Source: a virus. Taken from it: DNA of 64,000 bases. The stretch covers positions 7,286-71,285 of IMG/VR virus record IMGVR_UViG_3300044761_000059; one strand, given 5' to 3'. Of the stretch, positions 19,355-28,564 are shown piece by piece. Both the position numbers and the translations under genes were made by a program. Position 1 is the stretch's first letter. Each line of letters opens with the position of its first letter. Below the pieces are notes generated by a model. It ran no database searches. It saw only the letters and a list, made by a program, of their open reading frames with translations, and was not told where the DNA came from.

Positions 19355-19855
19355 CTACCCCGATCCCTTCGGATCCTGATCCCCCCGTTCCACGGCTCTG
19401 TGGGCCTCCACCATCGCCTGCATCGTCCGCGTGAAGTGCCCGGCCTGGGCGACCACCTGCTCGGCCTCCTGGCGCGCGCGCTCCTCCGCGACCCCCAGGT
19501 GGAGGATCCGGTCGAGCCGCTCCCGGTAGGCGTCGTCCGGCGCCAGCATCTCCACCCCCAGGATGTCCCGGTGCCGGAGGACCTCAATGTGGGGCGCCCG
19601 AACCGCGCGGGGCCCGCCCGGGCTCACCCACGGCCCCTGGTGGGAGAAGACCCCGCCGCTGCCAAAGGCCCATGGGATCACGAACTGCCGGAGGAAGGTC
19701 GCGGCCTCGTCCTCCCTCGGCACGAAGCAGATCGGCGTGCGCCGCCCGTAGATGCTGATGTAGAGCACGAATCGGCCGGCCGCCAGCGCGCCCGCCTCGG
19801 TCTGCGCCCGCCGACGTCGATCTTTCCAGGCCCACCACCGCTCTTGGATCGTCAT
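19355..19855 (-). CDS. hypothetical protein
   Basis: ORF with AAGGAGG RBS, tiles the operon. Confidence 0.55.
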   Translation of the reverse strand: MTIQERWWAWKDRRRRAQTEAGALAAGRFVLYISIYGRRTPICFVPREDEAATFLRQFVIPWAFGSGGVFSHQGPWVSPGGPRAVRAPHIEVLRHRDILGVEMLAPDDAYRERLDRILHLGVAEERARQEAEQVVAQAGHFTRTMQAMVEAHRAVERGDQDPKGSG

Positions 19856-19864
19856 GGGGCCTCC

Positions 19865-20641
19865 TTACGGACACTGGCACGGAGGCGGAGGCGCTGGCGC
19901 AGGCGGTGGCGCGCATGATTGGCAAATCTGGTCGGGCGCGATCGTGATGGCGTCGAGGTAGAGGGTCATGTTCCGGTCCGCGACCGTGCCCGGCGCGGTG
20001 TAGACGCCGCCCCACATCGTGTCCACCTTCACGGAGAGGTCGGTGCGAAACGCGAAGTTGCCCCGGTTGAAGATCAGGGCGTTGTTGAGCCACCCTTGGA
20101 CGATCCCGTTCGCCTGCCCCGGTGTGTTCAGCTTCACCCGGAACTCGAAGGCGTACCACTGGTTTCGCTGCAGCGCGTAGCCCCAGGGGATGAGTTCCCC
20201 GCCCGGGTTGCCGAGATGGTGGATGCGGAAACCGACCCCCGCGGAGGAGTTGCTATACATATACACGGCCCATCCCTGGCCGGCGTAGCCTGGTAGGCTT
20301 GCGAGATAATCGCGCGCCGGGCTGCTCGTCCAGGAGTTGTCGAACCAGGCGTAGAAGCGAAGCCAGGCCTCGTCGGGCGGGGCGTAGCCCTTGGCGGCGA
20401 ACCTCCAGATGACGGCCGCACCATCGTCTTCGCCGAGCGGTACCCGAACCTGGAGCTGATGGCCCGAGTTCGGAATGTGCGTGGTGATCGTCATGTTCTC
20501 CGGATACTCGAACGACGTCCAGTTGGCCTGCCAGGCCGCCGATTCGAACCCCTCGTTGAGCAGGATCGTCGCCGCCTCGGCACGAATGGCAATCAGGAGC
20601 CCGAGGAAGATCAGCATTCTCATAGTGGCCCTGATGGTCAT
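19865..20641 (-). CDS. secreted polysaccharide lyase-like (PL14-type jelly roll) protein
   Basis: N-terminal signal peptide (LIFLGLLIAIRAEA); EAWLRFYAWF...LPG...NQWYAFEFRVKLNTPGQANGIVQGWLN...YLDAI. Confidence 0.65.
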   Translation of the reverse strand: MTIRATMRMLIFLGLLIAIRAEAATILLNEGFESAAWQANWTSFEYPENMTITTHIPNSGHQLQVRVPLGEDDGAAVIWRFAAKGYAPPDEAWLRFYAWFDNSWTSSPARDYLASLPGYAGQGWAVYMYSNSSAGVGFRIHHLGNPGGELIPWGYALQRNQWYAFEFRVKLNTPGQANGIVQGWLNNALIFNRGNFAFRTDLSVKVDTMWGGVYTAPGTVADRNMTLYLDAITIAPDQICQSCAPPPAPAPPPPCQCP

Positions 20642-20780
20642 TGTCCGTCCCCCCTTTTCACTCCAGCCGCACCTTCCCGACCACATTGCCCTTGTCGTCC
20701 ACGATCTGCAGGCTATAGACCACTGGGGCTGGGATTGGAGCGGGCTCCGGAGCTGGTTCCGGATCGGGCAACTAGCGCCA

Positions 20781-21485
20781 TTAGAACTCCCCCGTCCGCC
20801 GGGCTCGCCCGGCCTTCTCCCATTTGGTCATGCAGGGCTCGCACAGGGCGATCCCGGACTTCTTCCCGACCCAGAGCTCCTCGGGTGCCACCAACGCCGG
20901 GCAGGCGCTGCAGGTCGCCGTCGGGCCCTCGACCGGCCGGTACTGGGCTGCCAGGCCTTCGTTCGGCCGTTCCCCCGCCAGCCGGATCGCCTCCAGGGCG
21001 CCATTCTCGCCGCCCGTGTAGCTCACCGCTGGTGGCCTCTCCCCCGCCGGCCAGGAGGAGCCTACGATCATCGGCCACAGGGAGCTCAGCGCCACCGGGA
21101 CGACCCCGTCCACGCTCGGCGCCAGCGCCACGCCCACCAGGTAATTCGGCAGGATCCTGTAGCTCGGGGCGATCTCCCGGCAAATGGGGCAGTCCTCGGC
21201 CCGGTGCGGGAGCGCGATCTCCCGAATCACCGTGATTGGTTCCCCCATGTGGACTTGCATGGTCTCTCGGATAGCTTCCACCGGGCAGTGGTCTCCGAAC
21301 CGATCCAGGGTGACGCGCTCCTGTGGCGGGTCCCCCATTCGCTCCAGCCGGCATGGGGCGTTGAAGTGGACCGGCTCGGGCCGCGGGACCAGGTTGCCGG
21401 ACCGACCGGGGCCGGCGCGCTCCAGCCGCATCCCCCGGAAGGCCGCCCGGAGCGCCTCGAGCGAGACCAGCACGTTCGGGGTCAC
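20781..21485 (-). CDS. hypothetical protein with Cys pairs
   Basis: CPIC, CSAC, CEPC; fills the gap after MuF. Confidence 0.5.
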   Translation of the reverse strand: MTPNVLVSLEALRAAFRGMRLERAGPGRSGNLVPRPEPVHFNAPCRLERMGDPPQERVTLDRFGDHCPVEAIRETMQVHMGEPITVIREIALPHRAEDCPICREIAPSYRILPNYLVGVALAPSVDGVVPVALSSLWPMIVGSSWPAGERPPAVSYTGGENGALEAIRLAGERPNEGLAAQYRPVEGPTATCSACPALVAPEELWVGKKSGIALCEPCMTKWEKAGRARRTGEF

Positions 21486-21487
21486 GG

Positions 21488-22486
21488 TCAGAACCCCTTC
21501 TGTTTCAGTTCCAGCGCCCGCCCGATCTGGCCCGCTGTGATGAAGGTCACGGGCCCCTCGTCCTTGGTCACCGGGATCAGGATCGAGCGGCAGTTGAAGT
21601 GGTTCGAGGGCGTCAGCGCGTTGGTGTCCTCGGTGTCCGGGCGGAGGATCTTCCCGTCCAGGAATTCGCACACCGGGGTCTGCCGCCCGTCGATGATCGC
21701 GCTGTAGAGGAACCCGATCACGAAGCCGGAGTCCACCTCCTCGTCCACTCCGTCCTTCAGGCCCTCGTTGTAGGCCTCGTTCACGTTCGTCCGGAGGATG
21801 GTCTCCAGGCGGTAGGGCTGGGCCTGCTCCTCCTTGCCCGGGGCGATCGCCGTCGGGTCCCCCAGGTACTCGTCGAACAGTTCCTTGAGCTCCCGGATGA
21901 CGTCGGTGCTGGGCGTGCCGTTCTTGATCCCGTTGTAGAGGACGTTCCGCGCGCCGTTCAGCAGCCGGTCCTTGAGCACGCCCGTGATGTAGAACGCCTT
22001 CTGTTCGAAGAACGCCAGGGCCTTCTCGGGGGGCAGCCCGGGCACCAGGCGAACCTGCAGGCGCTTCTCCCGGAGCATCCTGCGGCTCTCGCGGTTCCCC
22101 AGGCGGTACCCCTCCCCCAGGATCTCCCGGGCCACGCGCTGCAGCTCCCCCTTGAACTTCAGGTCCAGGTTCCGCACCCAGGTGGGCGTCAGGTCCCCCG
22201 CCTCGAGGCGCTTGCCGACCACGCCCAGGAGGGCCTCCCGCATCCGCTCCAGGACCTCCATCAATCGGGCCTTCCCCTCCCCCTCGAGCTCGTCCTGGCG
22301 CTCCTCGAGCCGGGCGAGGTCGACCTTGCGCTCGTACTCGTTCGGCTCGCGGGTGCGGCTATGAACAGAGATGGCCAGGCTCTTCTGTGCCTGCTTTTGG
22401 TCCTCAATCTCCCCTGCCCCAGGATCCTTCAAGACAAGCAGATCGCCTTCGTCGTAGATGAACCGATCTTGCTTGCCCACGGCCAT
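21488..22486 (-). CDS. MuF / SPP1 gp7-like minor head protein
   Basis: RLETILRTN...AYNEG, YSAIIDGRQTPVC..LDG, P.HFNCRS. Confidence 0.9.
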   Translation of the reverse strand: MAVGKQDRFIYDEGDLLVLKDPGAGEIEDQKQAQKSLAISVHSRTREPNEYERKVDLARLEERQDELEGEGKARLMEVLERMREALLGVVGKRLEAGDLTPTWVRNLDLKFKGELQRVAREILGEGYRLGNRESRRMLREKRLQVRLVPGLPPEKALAFFEQKAFYITGVLKDRLLNGARNVLYNGIKNGTPSTDVIRELKELFDEYLGDPTAIAPGKEEQAQPYRLETILRTNVNEAYNEGLKDGVDEEVDSGFVIGFLYSAIIDGRQTPVCEFLDGKILRPDTEDTNALTPSNHFNCRSILIPVTKDEGPVTFITAGQIGRALELKQKGF

Positions 22487-22490
22487 CCCC

Positions 22491-24527
22491 CTAGATAATC
22501 TCCGCCTCGTAGACCGTTATGACGTGCAGTCCGACCTTTACCCGATGGCGCTTAGTCGTCCGGAACCTTGCCCCGCGCTGGAGCAAAAGCTCGTTTTCGC
22601 TTTCGATTGCGCCGAACTTGCCGGCGATGTGTGCCGCCCGGTAACCCTTCGGAACCTTCAGCTCGAGTACCGCCCCCTTTCCTTCAGGCCCTTGAAGTCC
22701 CGTGAAGATGACGGCATTCCGAAAGCTGGTTGTTGTGCTCATGAACCCCTTATCTTGAAATTCCATGTCCGGCCTGAGTTTCAAGCTTTTGCTGATGCCG
22801 CGATAAACTGTTACAGCTTCTGGCAAGGATGCTTTGTCGAGCGCCTTTGTCAGTCGCTCGATTTCATCGTTGCTCGGCGTCTTTGTTGTTTTTTTGCCTC
22901 GTAGGTGCGCGTTGATATTTGCGTATCCGGCAGACGCATAGTGCGAGACGGCGTCCTTTTCGGTGGCGGTCAGATCCTCCGCCCATTTCTTGCCAGCTTT
23001 TTCAGCCGCAACTGATCCGCCCGTCTCCGTCCATTTTCCCCCCTCGTCCCGGGGCTGGTCCGGATCGAAGTATGCCCGGCTTCGGACCCGGCGGACGAAC
23101 TTGCCGTGGGCGGGGGGCGCCAGGGTCGCCTTGGCCACGGCCGTTGGCTTCCCGTTCCCCTGGGCCGCGGCCGCGCCGGCGCCGTCCTCCTCCTCCTCCT
23201 CCTCCTCGTCCTCCGGCCCGGGCTCCCGCGGCCCAGGCTGGGGCAGCATCGCCTCGAGGCGGTCGCGCTCCGCCTGGATCTCCTCCTCGGTGCGCTCCGG
23301 GAAGTCGGTCATCTCCCGGATGTGGATCTCGTCCTGGGGCGTCGTGTCCACCACGCCGGCGGTCACGGCCTGGAGCCACATGGTGAAGAGGCGGTTCTCG
23401 TCCTCCTCCTGGAGGGGCTTGAACTCGAAGGTCGGGAGCGGCCGCGGGCCGTAGTTGGCGTGGACCAGGCGCCGGATCAGCTGCTGCTGGACGACCTGGC
23501 GGGCGACGTCCTGCTGGATGTCGGTGACCACGATCAGCAGCACGTCGAAGTGCTTCCGGGCCTGGGCGTAGGTCCCGACGTCGGGCTGGGCGGTCACCCC
23601 CAGCTGGGAGGGCATGAGGATCGCGCGGGCGATCCCCGTGTCGGCGGCCTTGATGAGGCGCTCGAGGACGTCCGCGCCCCGGCCCACCGCCTCCTTCAGG
23701 TCCACCTTGAAGCTGTCGGACATGGTCATGCTCGTGTTGGCCTGGATGTTCTCCAGCATGGTCCGGAAGGCCACGATGTCCGCCGCGATCGGGTGCCCGG
23801 CCGGGTAGGTCCCCGTGGCGATCGGGATGGCGAAGCGCTCGGCGTAGATCGCGCTCCACTTGATGAGGTTGTCCTTCAGCCACCACCACTCGTAGGTCTC
23901 CCGGAGGTCACTTTGGCCATACCAATTTCCGAACTCCCGCCGGTAGCCCCAGTGGAGGAACTTCTCCACCGGGTACTTGTTCTCGTCCTGGCGGATCCCG
24001 TCCGGGAGGAGGTTGTCGTGCGGGTCCACGTCGAACCAGAAGCGGTGGGGCTTCCGGGGCTTCAGGGTCCGGAGCCCCCACCAGCCGGCGTAGGGGGCCT
24101 CCTCGATCGTCCGCCAGATGATCTCCGTGATCGAGAAGCCGTAGTCGAGGGCCGTGAGGACCTGCTGGAGGTGGTCGTCCAGGTTGCCGTAGAGGGGCTC
24201 CATGTTCTCGAAGACGTACTCCAGGAACTCGACGACGTCCTCGCCCTCCGGGTCGTCGGGCGCCGGCGTGAGCTCCCAGCCGGGGGAGAGCACCGCGCCC
24301 TTCTTCAGCGCCATCGCCCCCTTGACGGCGTCGTCCCGGCGGATCTTGTCGTACCAGCGCATCCCCCGCCGGGTGATCAGCTCGTCCGGGTTCCACCGGG
24401 TCGGCATCCACCGCCCGAGGAAGCCCGAGTCGTTCCCGGAGATCTCCCCCCGCTGGGGCACGACCTCCAGCGTCTTGGCCCGGTCGTTCCGGCCCGCCAG
24501 GGCTCGCATGAAGTCGGCGCCGATCAT
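22491..24527 (-). CDS. Mu gp29-like (DUF935) portal protein fused to a C-terminal VIP2-like ADP-ribosyltransferase
   Basis: ALDYGFSITEIIW, GNWYGQSDLR, ERFAIP, GTYAQA (DUF935); then INAHLRG, VYRG, GFMSTT, ESENELLL (R-S-E ART). Confidence 0.85.
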   Translation of the reverse strand: MIGADFMRALAGRNDRAKTLEVVPQRGEISGNDSGFLGRWMPTRWNPDELITRRGMRWYDKIRRDDAVKGAMALKKGAVLSPGWELTPAPDDPEGEDVVEFLEYVFENMEPLYGNLDDHLQQVLTALDYGFSITEIIWRTIEEAPYAGWWGLRTLKPRKPHRFWFDVDPHDNLLPDGIRQDENKYPVEKFLHWGYRREFGNWYGQSDLRETYEWWWLKDNLIKWSAIYAERFAIPIATGTYPAGHPIAADIVAFRTMLENIQANTSMTMSDSFKVDLKEAVGRGADVLERLIKAADTGIARAILMPSQLGVTAQPDVGTYAQARKHFDVLLIVVTDIQQDVARQVVQQQLIRRLVHANYGPRPLPTFEFKPLQEEDENRLFTMWLQAVTAGVVDTTPQDEIHIREMTDFPERTEEEIQAERDRLEAMLPQPGPREPGPEDEEEEEEEDGAGAAAAQGNGKPTAVAKATLAPPAHGKFVRRVRSRAYFDPDQPRDEGGKWTETGGSVAAEKAGKKWAEDLTATEKDAVSHYASAGYANINAHLRGKKTTKTPSNDEIERLTKALDKASLPEAVTVYRGISKSLKLRPDMEFQDKGFMSTTTSFRNAVIFTGLQGPEGKGAVLELKVPKGYRAAHIAGKFGAIESENELLLQRGARFRTTKRHRVKVGLHVITVYEAEII

Positions 24528-24712
24528 GCGGCCCCCGCCGGCGACGGGCGCACGTCGATCTGGTGGGCGGCACAGATGAGCGTGTCGCCGAGGAGCCTCC
24601 ATCCCGGGGGCGGGCAAGGGCGGAGAACCTGGCTGAAGAGGTCCACGCGGTAGGTGGCCTCCTGGATCGCTTCACAGTAATCACAACGGTACCGAAGGGT
24701 CTGCTCAATCAT
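24524..24712 (-). CDS. small Zn-finger hypothetical protein
   Basis: CDYC...PPGW...C..H. Confidence 0.55.
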   Translation of the reverse strand: MIEQTLRYRCDYCEAIQEATYRVDLFSQVLRPCPPPGWRLLGDTLICAAHQIDVRPSPAGAA

Positions 24713-24715
24713 GCC

Positions 24716-26089
24716 TCACCCGTGCGGCCCGTGGTGCGCCGCGCGCGCCCCGACCCCCGCCGGCGCGTAGCCCCTCGGGATCCTGGCCCGCAGCGACCAG
24801 GCCAGGGCGCCGGCCACCACCGAGTCCGGCGGGTGGCCGCTCCCGTACAGGTCCTTGTTCGCGCAGTAGCGGTGCTCCTTGTACGGGAAGGCGATCCGCG
24901 GGGCGCGCAGGGCCTTCTTCTCCACGGCCGCCACGTACTCCGTGAAGAGGTCCTGCCGGCCCCGCCCCACCATGATCACGTGCTCGGCCAGGATCTCCTT
25001 CTCCCGGAGGAGGTCCGCCACCACGTTCCCCCCGCCCGTGGCGTCGTGCGCCACCAGCCCCGGGAACCGCTGCGCCCGCACCCCCAGGCGGCTGACCATG
25101 TAGGGCCAGGCCAGCCGCTGCATCCGCTCCCAGGCCACCAGCCGCCAGGGCTCGACGTCCGCCCGGAAGGTGGCGATCACGGTCCAGTGCTGCTCCTTCG
25201 CCCAGTCCGCCCCGGTGGCGTAGAGGGCCAGGGGATCCGGGGGCTCGAACTCGCAGTACTCCCCGTCCCCCCCGTCCCGCTCCCCCAGCGCCGGGTCGAA
25301 GTAGGCCTCCACCAGCTCCGTCAGGAAGGCGCGCCCCTCGGCCGTGGGCTCCTGGAGCTCGTACTCCGTCTCCCACATGCCGGCCGGCACGTCCCGCCGG
25401 ACGCGCTCGACCTCCACCATCGACAGGTACCCGTGGGGCTCGACGGTTTCGCGCCAGCACCACTCGTAGAGGGGCCACCCCTTCTGGGCCACGCGTTTGA
25501 GGACCTCGGTCATGGCCCGGTCCGGGTACTGGTGGGTGGAGCTCAGGACGGTCTGGGCGGGGACCCCGGGCGTGCCCATCGGCTGCCCCAGGGCGGCGTC
25601 CAGGATCCGCAGGTCCATCTCGTCCACCTCGTCCATCCGCAGCCGCTGGGGGTGGGGGCCCCGGGCGGACTTGGTGGACGCCATCAGGGCGGTCGTGCTC
25701 CCGCCGTTCCGCAGCCGGGTCTGCTGGGTGGTCGGCTCCGTGAGCAGCATGTCCACGGGGGCCCCGGGCCACTCCCAGCGCTTCCCGTTCTCCTCGAGGA
25801 CGCGCTTGCTCTGGACGCCCGAGCCCCCCAGCACGGTCACCGCCGCCCCCAGGCCGATGTTCTCCGTCAGGGCCAGGGCCCCGAGCAGCGTCGTCTTGCC
25901 CCCGAAGCCCCGGGAGGCCTTCCAGACCCCCGTGGAGGTCCGGGCGAAGTAGGCGTCGCTGAAGGCCTCGAAGGGCGCCCGGTGGCCTGGACAGACCCGC
26001 TTGCGGGGGATCCGCAGGCCCAGGAGGGTGTAGACGTATTCCCAGAGCTCATCAGGGTCCTGGGGCGGCCGGGCGATCATGTAGGTCAT
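24716..26089 (-). CDS. terL: terminase large subunit
   Basis: SRGFGGKT Walker A, MDEVDE Walker B, GADWA nuclease D, HDATGGG, HPPDSV. Confidence 0.9.
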   Translation of the reverse strand: MTYMIARPPQDPDELWEYVYTLLGLRIPRKRVCPGHRAPFEAFSDAYFARTSTGVWKASRGFGGKTTLLGALALTENIGLGAAVTVLGGSGVQSKRVLEENGKRWEWPGAPVDMLLTEPTTQQTRLRNGGSTTALMASTKSARGPHPQRLRMDEVDEMDLRILDAALGQPMGTPGVPAQTVLSSTHQYPDRAMTEVLKRVAQKGWPLYEWCWRETVEPHGYLSMVEVERVRRDVPAGMWETEYELQEPTAEGRAFLTELVEAYFDPALGERDGGDGEYCEFEPPDPLALYATGADWAKEQHWTVIATFRADVEPWRLVAWERMQRLAWPYMVSRLGVRAQRFPGLVAHDATGGGNVVADLLREKEILAEHVIMVGRGRQDLFTEYVAAVEKKALRAPRIAFPYKEHRYCANKDLYGSGHPPDSVVAGALAWSLRARIPRGYAPAGVGARAAHHGPHG

Positions 26090-26268
26090 GCGTCGCCCTG
26101 CCCTGGGATCGCTGGGAGACGGTCACACGGCCCCCGCACGTTGGCACGCCCCCGCACGCTCGGAGCGACGCTGGAGGCTCGCACGCCCCGGCACGTTGGC
26201 ACGCCCCGGCACGTTTGCACGCCCCGGCACGCTCGGAGCGACGCGAGCACCCTGGAGCGAGCCGTCAT
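26086..26268 (-). CDS. 60-aa ORF with CRGVxT repeats between terS and terL
   Basis: ATGA overlaps at both ends (translational coupling), but encoded by a DNA repeat. Confidence 0.4.
   Translation of the reverse strand: MTARSRVLASLRACRGVQTCRGVPTCRGVRASSVAPSVRGRANVRGPCDRLPAIPGQGDA
26131..26250. repeat. tandem GCACG-rich repeats (18-bp unit GCACGCCCCGGCACGTTG plus duplicated GCACGCTCGGAGCGACGC)
   Basis: directly visible in the sequence. Confidence 0.85.
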
Positions 26269-26864
26269 CCCCCGCCCCCGTCCCCTGGGGCCTTGCCGGC
26301 GCCGTCCCCCCCGTGCCCGTCCCCGCCGGCGGCCGCGAGCGCCGCCTCGCGCGCCTTTTGCAGGCCGGCCATGTACTTGTCCTTCGGCCCGTCCACCACC
26401 ACGATCGTCCCGGCGTGCCTATGGGGGATCGGCCCGCCCCCGGGCCCGGCGTGCTCGACCCGGTAGCGGTACTTCTCGGGCCGGTGGGCGTTGAGCTGCG
26501 CCTGGAGCAACATGTCTGAATACCGCCGGACGACCACCTGCCGCCGCTCTCCGGTGACCGAGTCCGTCTCGTAGCAGAAGGCCCCCTGGTAGACGACTGG
26601 CTCCTCAACCCCGACGATCGCGCGGCGCCGGGCCTCCTGCTCGAGGAGGTCGGTCGCGTCCTCCTGGGCGTCCTTGAAGGCCAGGACATAGGCCGGGTCG
26701 GCCTCGATCCAGCGGTAGTGGGTCATCCGATCCACGCCGGCCACCCGGCACGCCGCGGCGATGGTCGCTACCCTGCGGTAAGCATCGAGGAACGCCCCTT
26801 TTTTTATCCGTGTCGCGGCCTGCCGCGGCTGCTCCCCCTTGGCCTTGCGCTTCCGCCGAGCCAC
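26265..26864 (-). CDS. terS: terminase small subunit (HTH)
   Basis: KGAFLDAY...AACRVAGVDR.THYRW...LEQEARRRA...YSDMLL pattern, upstream of terL. Confidence 0.8.
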   Translation of the reverse strand: MARRKRKAKGEQPRQAATRIKKGAFLDAYRRVATIAAACRVAGVDRMTHYRWIEADPAYVLAFKDAQEDATDLLEQEARRRAIVGVEEPVVYQGAFCYETDSVTGERRQVVVRRYSDMLLQAQLNAHRPEKYRYRVEHAGPGGGPIPHRHAGTIVVVDGPKDKYMAGLQKAREAALAAAGGDGHGGDGAGKAPGDGGGG

Positions 26865-26865
26865 G

Positions 26866-28218
26866 TCAGCCTTCCAGGGCCGGCTTCAGCCCCATGCCTG
26901 CGTTCCGCATCGCCCGGGCCCCGAGCTCCGCGGGTTTCTGCGTGGGGTGGTAAACCGGGCGATCCCGCCCGACGCGCCAGACCGTGCTGGCTTCGGTCGT
27001 CGTATGGAGATAGACGGGCTTGTCGCCCTCGAGCCGGAGCTCCCGGAGCTTCGGCCCCTTGGGCACCTTGGCCGTGATGAAGAGGGCCGAGCCCTTCCCG
27101 TCCCAGACCACGAGCCCGCGGCCGACCAGGACGCTCTGCCCGCCTTCGGCGGGCGGGGCGATCCACCAGGTCGTGTCCTGGGCCTCCTGGCCGTAGAACC
27201 GCGGCCGCTTCCCCGCCCGCGCACAGTAGAAGCAGGGCTCGTGGGCCCAGCGGTAGTCGGAGGTGCCGGCGAGGGGGAGCTCCGGCTTGACCCAGATCAG
27301 GTACTGGAGCTCGCGGACTTCGGCGGCCTTCAGCGCGTAGGAGTACTCGTCCCGGGTGGCGGAGGCGTGCCAGACGTACCAGGCGGCCTTCGGGTCCGCG
27401 TGGGCCGCCATGTTCGTGAAGGCCCGGGTGAGGAAGGCGACGAAGGCGTCGCCCTTGAGGTCGTCGTTCGGCATCGGCCGGTGGTACCCGGAGGCCGAAT
27501 AGTAGTCGACCCCGTAGGGGGGATCGGTGAAGACCATGGCGGCCTTGCGGCCGTCCAGCAGCCGCGGCCAGGCTTTGGGGTCCGTGGAGTCGGCGCACAG
27601 GAGCCGATGGTCCCCCGCCCGCCAGAGCTGGCCCCGCGCCGTTTTCCACTTCTTCTGGAATTCGGCGGCGCGGTCCAGGTGGGCCCCCGGGTCCGGCTGC
27701 GGGGGCTTGTTCTCGAGCCCGGTCAGCCGACGGAGGACGTCGTCCAGGTCCTTCGCCGCGAACCCGGTCCCGGCCAGGTTCCCCGCCTGGTACAGTTCGT
27801 CCAGGAGGGGCACCAAGTCGGCATCCCGCCAGCCCCCCAGGATCGTGAGCTGGTTGTCGGCGAGCAGGTACGCCTCGGCCTCCCCCTCGGAGGGGAACCG
27901 GACCCCCCGGAGGACCGGGACGAGCCACCGCTTCCCGTCCACGCGGATCCGCCCGGGCGGGGCCCCGCCCTGGGCCTGCAGGGCCACCAGGGCATCCAGC
28001 CGACCGTGCCCGGAGACGATCCGCCCCGTCCCCTCGTCCACGAGGATCGGGGCCACGAAGCCGAACCGGGTGAAGCTCTCCCGAATCGCGGGGAGGTTGT
28101 GCTCCTTGGGGTTCCGGGGCCAGCGGTGGAGGGTAGTCAGGTCCACGAACTCGAGGCGGAGGGCGCCGGCGCCATCGGTCGCACGGGCGGGGGACCGCTT
28201 GGTGGTCGCGCTCGGCAT
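26866..28218 (-). CDS. ParB-like N-domain + N4/N6 DNA methyltransferase, C-terminally truncated (no FxGxG)
   Basis: NPKEHN...FGFVAPILVD...GHGR (ParB-N); GDHRLLCADS, FTDPPYG, HPTQKP, followed by a stop 18 codons later. Confidence 0.75.
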   Translation of the reverse strand: MPSATTKRSPARATDGAGALRLEFVDLTTLHRWPRNPKEHNLPAIRESFTRFGFVAPILVDEGTGRIVSGHGRLDALVALQAQGGAPPGRIRVDGKRWLVPVLRGVRFPSEGEAEAYLLADNQLTILGGWRDADLVPLLDELYQAGNLAGTGFAAKDLDDVLRRLTGLENKPPQPDPGAHLDRAAEFQKKWKTARGQLWRAGDHRLLCADSTDPKAWPRLLDGRKAAMVFTDPPYGVDYYSASGYHRPMPNDDLKGDAFVAFLTRAFTNMAAHADPKAAWYVWHASATRDEYSYALKAAEVRELQYLIWVKPELPLAGTSDYRWAHEPCFYCARAGKRPRFYGQEAQDTTWWIAPPAEGGQSVLVGRGLVVWDGKGSALFITAKVPKGPKLRELRLEGDKPVYLHTTTEASTVWRVGRDRPVYHPTQKPAELGARAMRNAGMGLKPALEG

Positions 28219-28333
28219 GCGCCTCCCGGGCGAAGCAAAGGGCCGGCCGGTGGTCGTTCCCACGCGGCCGGCCCACGGTCTGCCCGGGCAAGCGGGCAGG
28301 GGAGGCGGGGGTTGCGCGCTCGTCCTTGTTCGG

Positions 28334-28564
28334 TTACACGGAATTCACGAGTGTGTCAAGGACCTTTTGCGGTTCCAGGATCTCCGTGGCCGTGCTCAGG
28401 AGCCGGAAGAGGCGGTCCCGCTGCTTCTGGAAGTCCGCGGCCCGCCGCCGCTGGTACGCGAATTCGCTCCAGTCGTTCGCCTTGCCGCGCACGCTCGCGC
28501 GGCGCTCGGCGTCGGCGATCGCCCGGTCCAGGTACTCGAGCAGGACGTCGAGCGGGGGGCTCAC
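28334..28564 (-). CDS. hypothetical protein
   Basis: helical ORF tiling the operon. Confidence 0.45.
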   Translation of the reverse strand: MSPPLDVLLEYLDRAIADAERRASVRGKANDWSEFAYQRRRAADFQKQRDRLFRLLSTATEILEPQKVLDTLVNSV

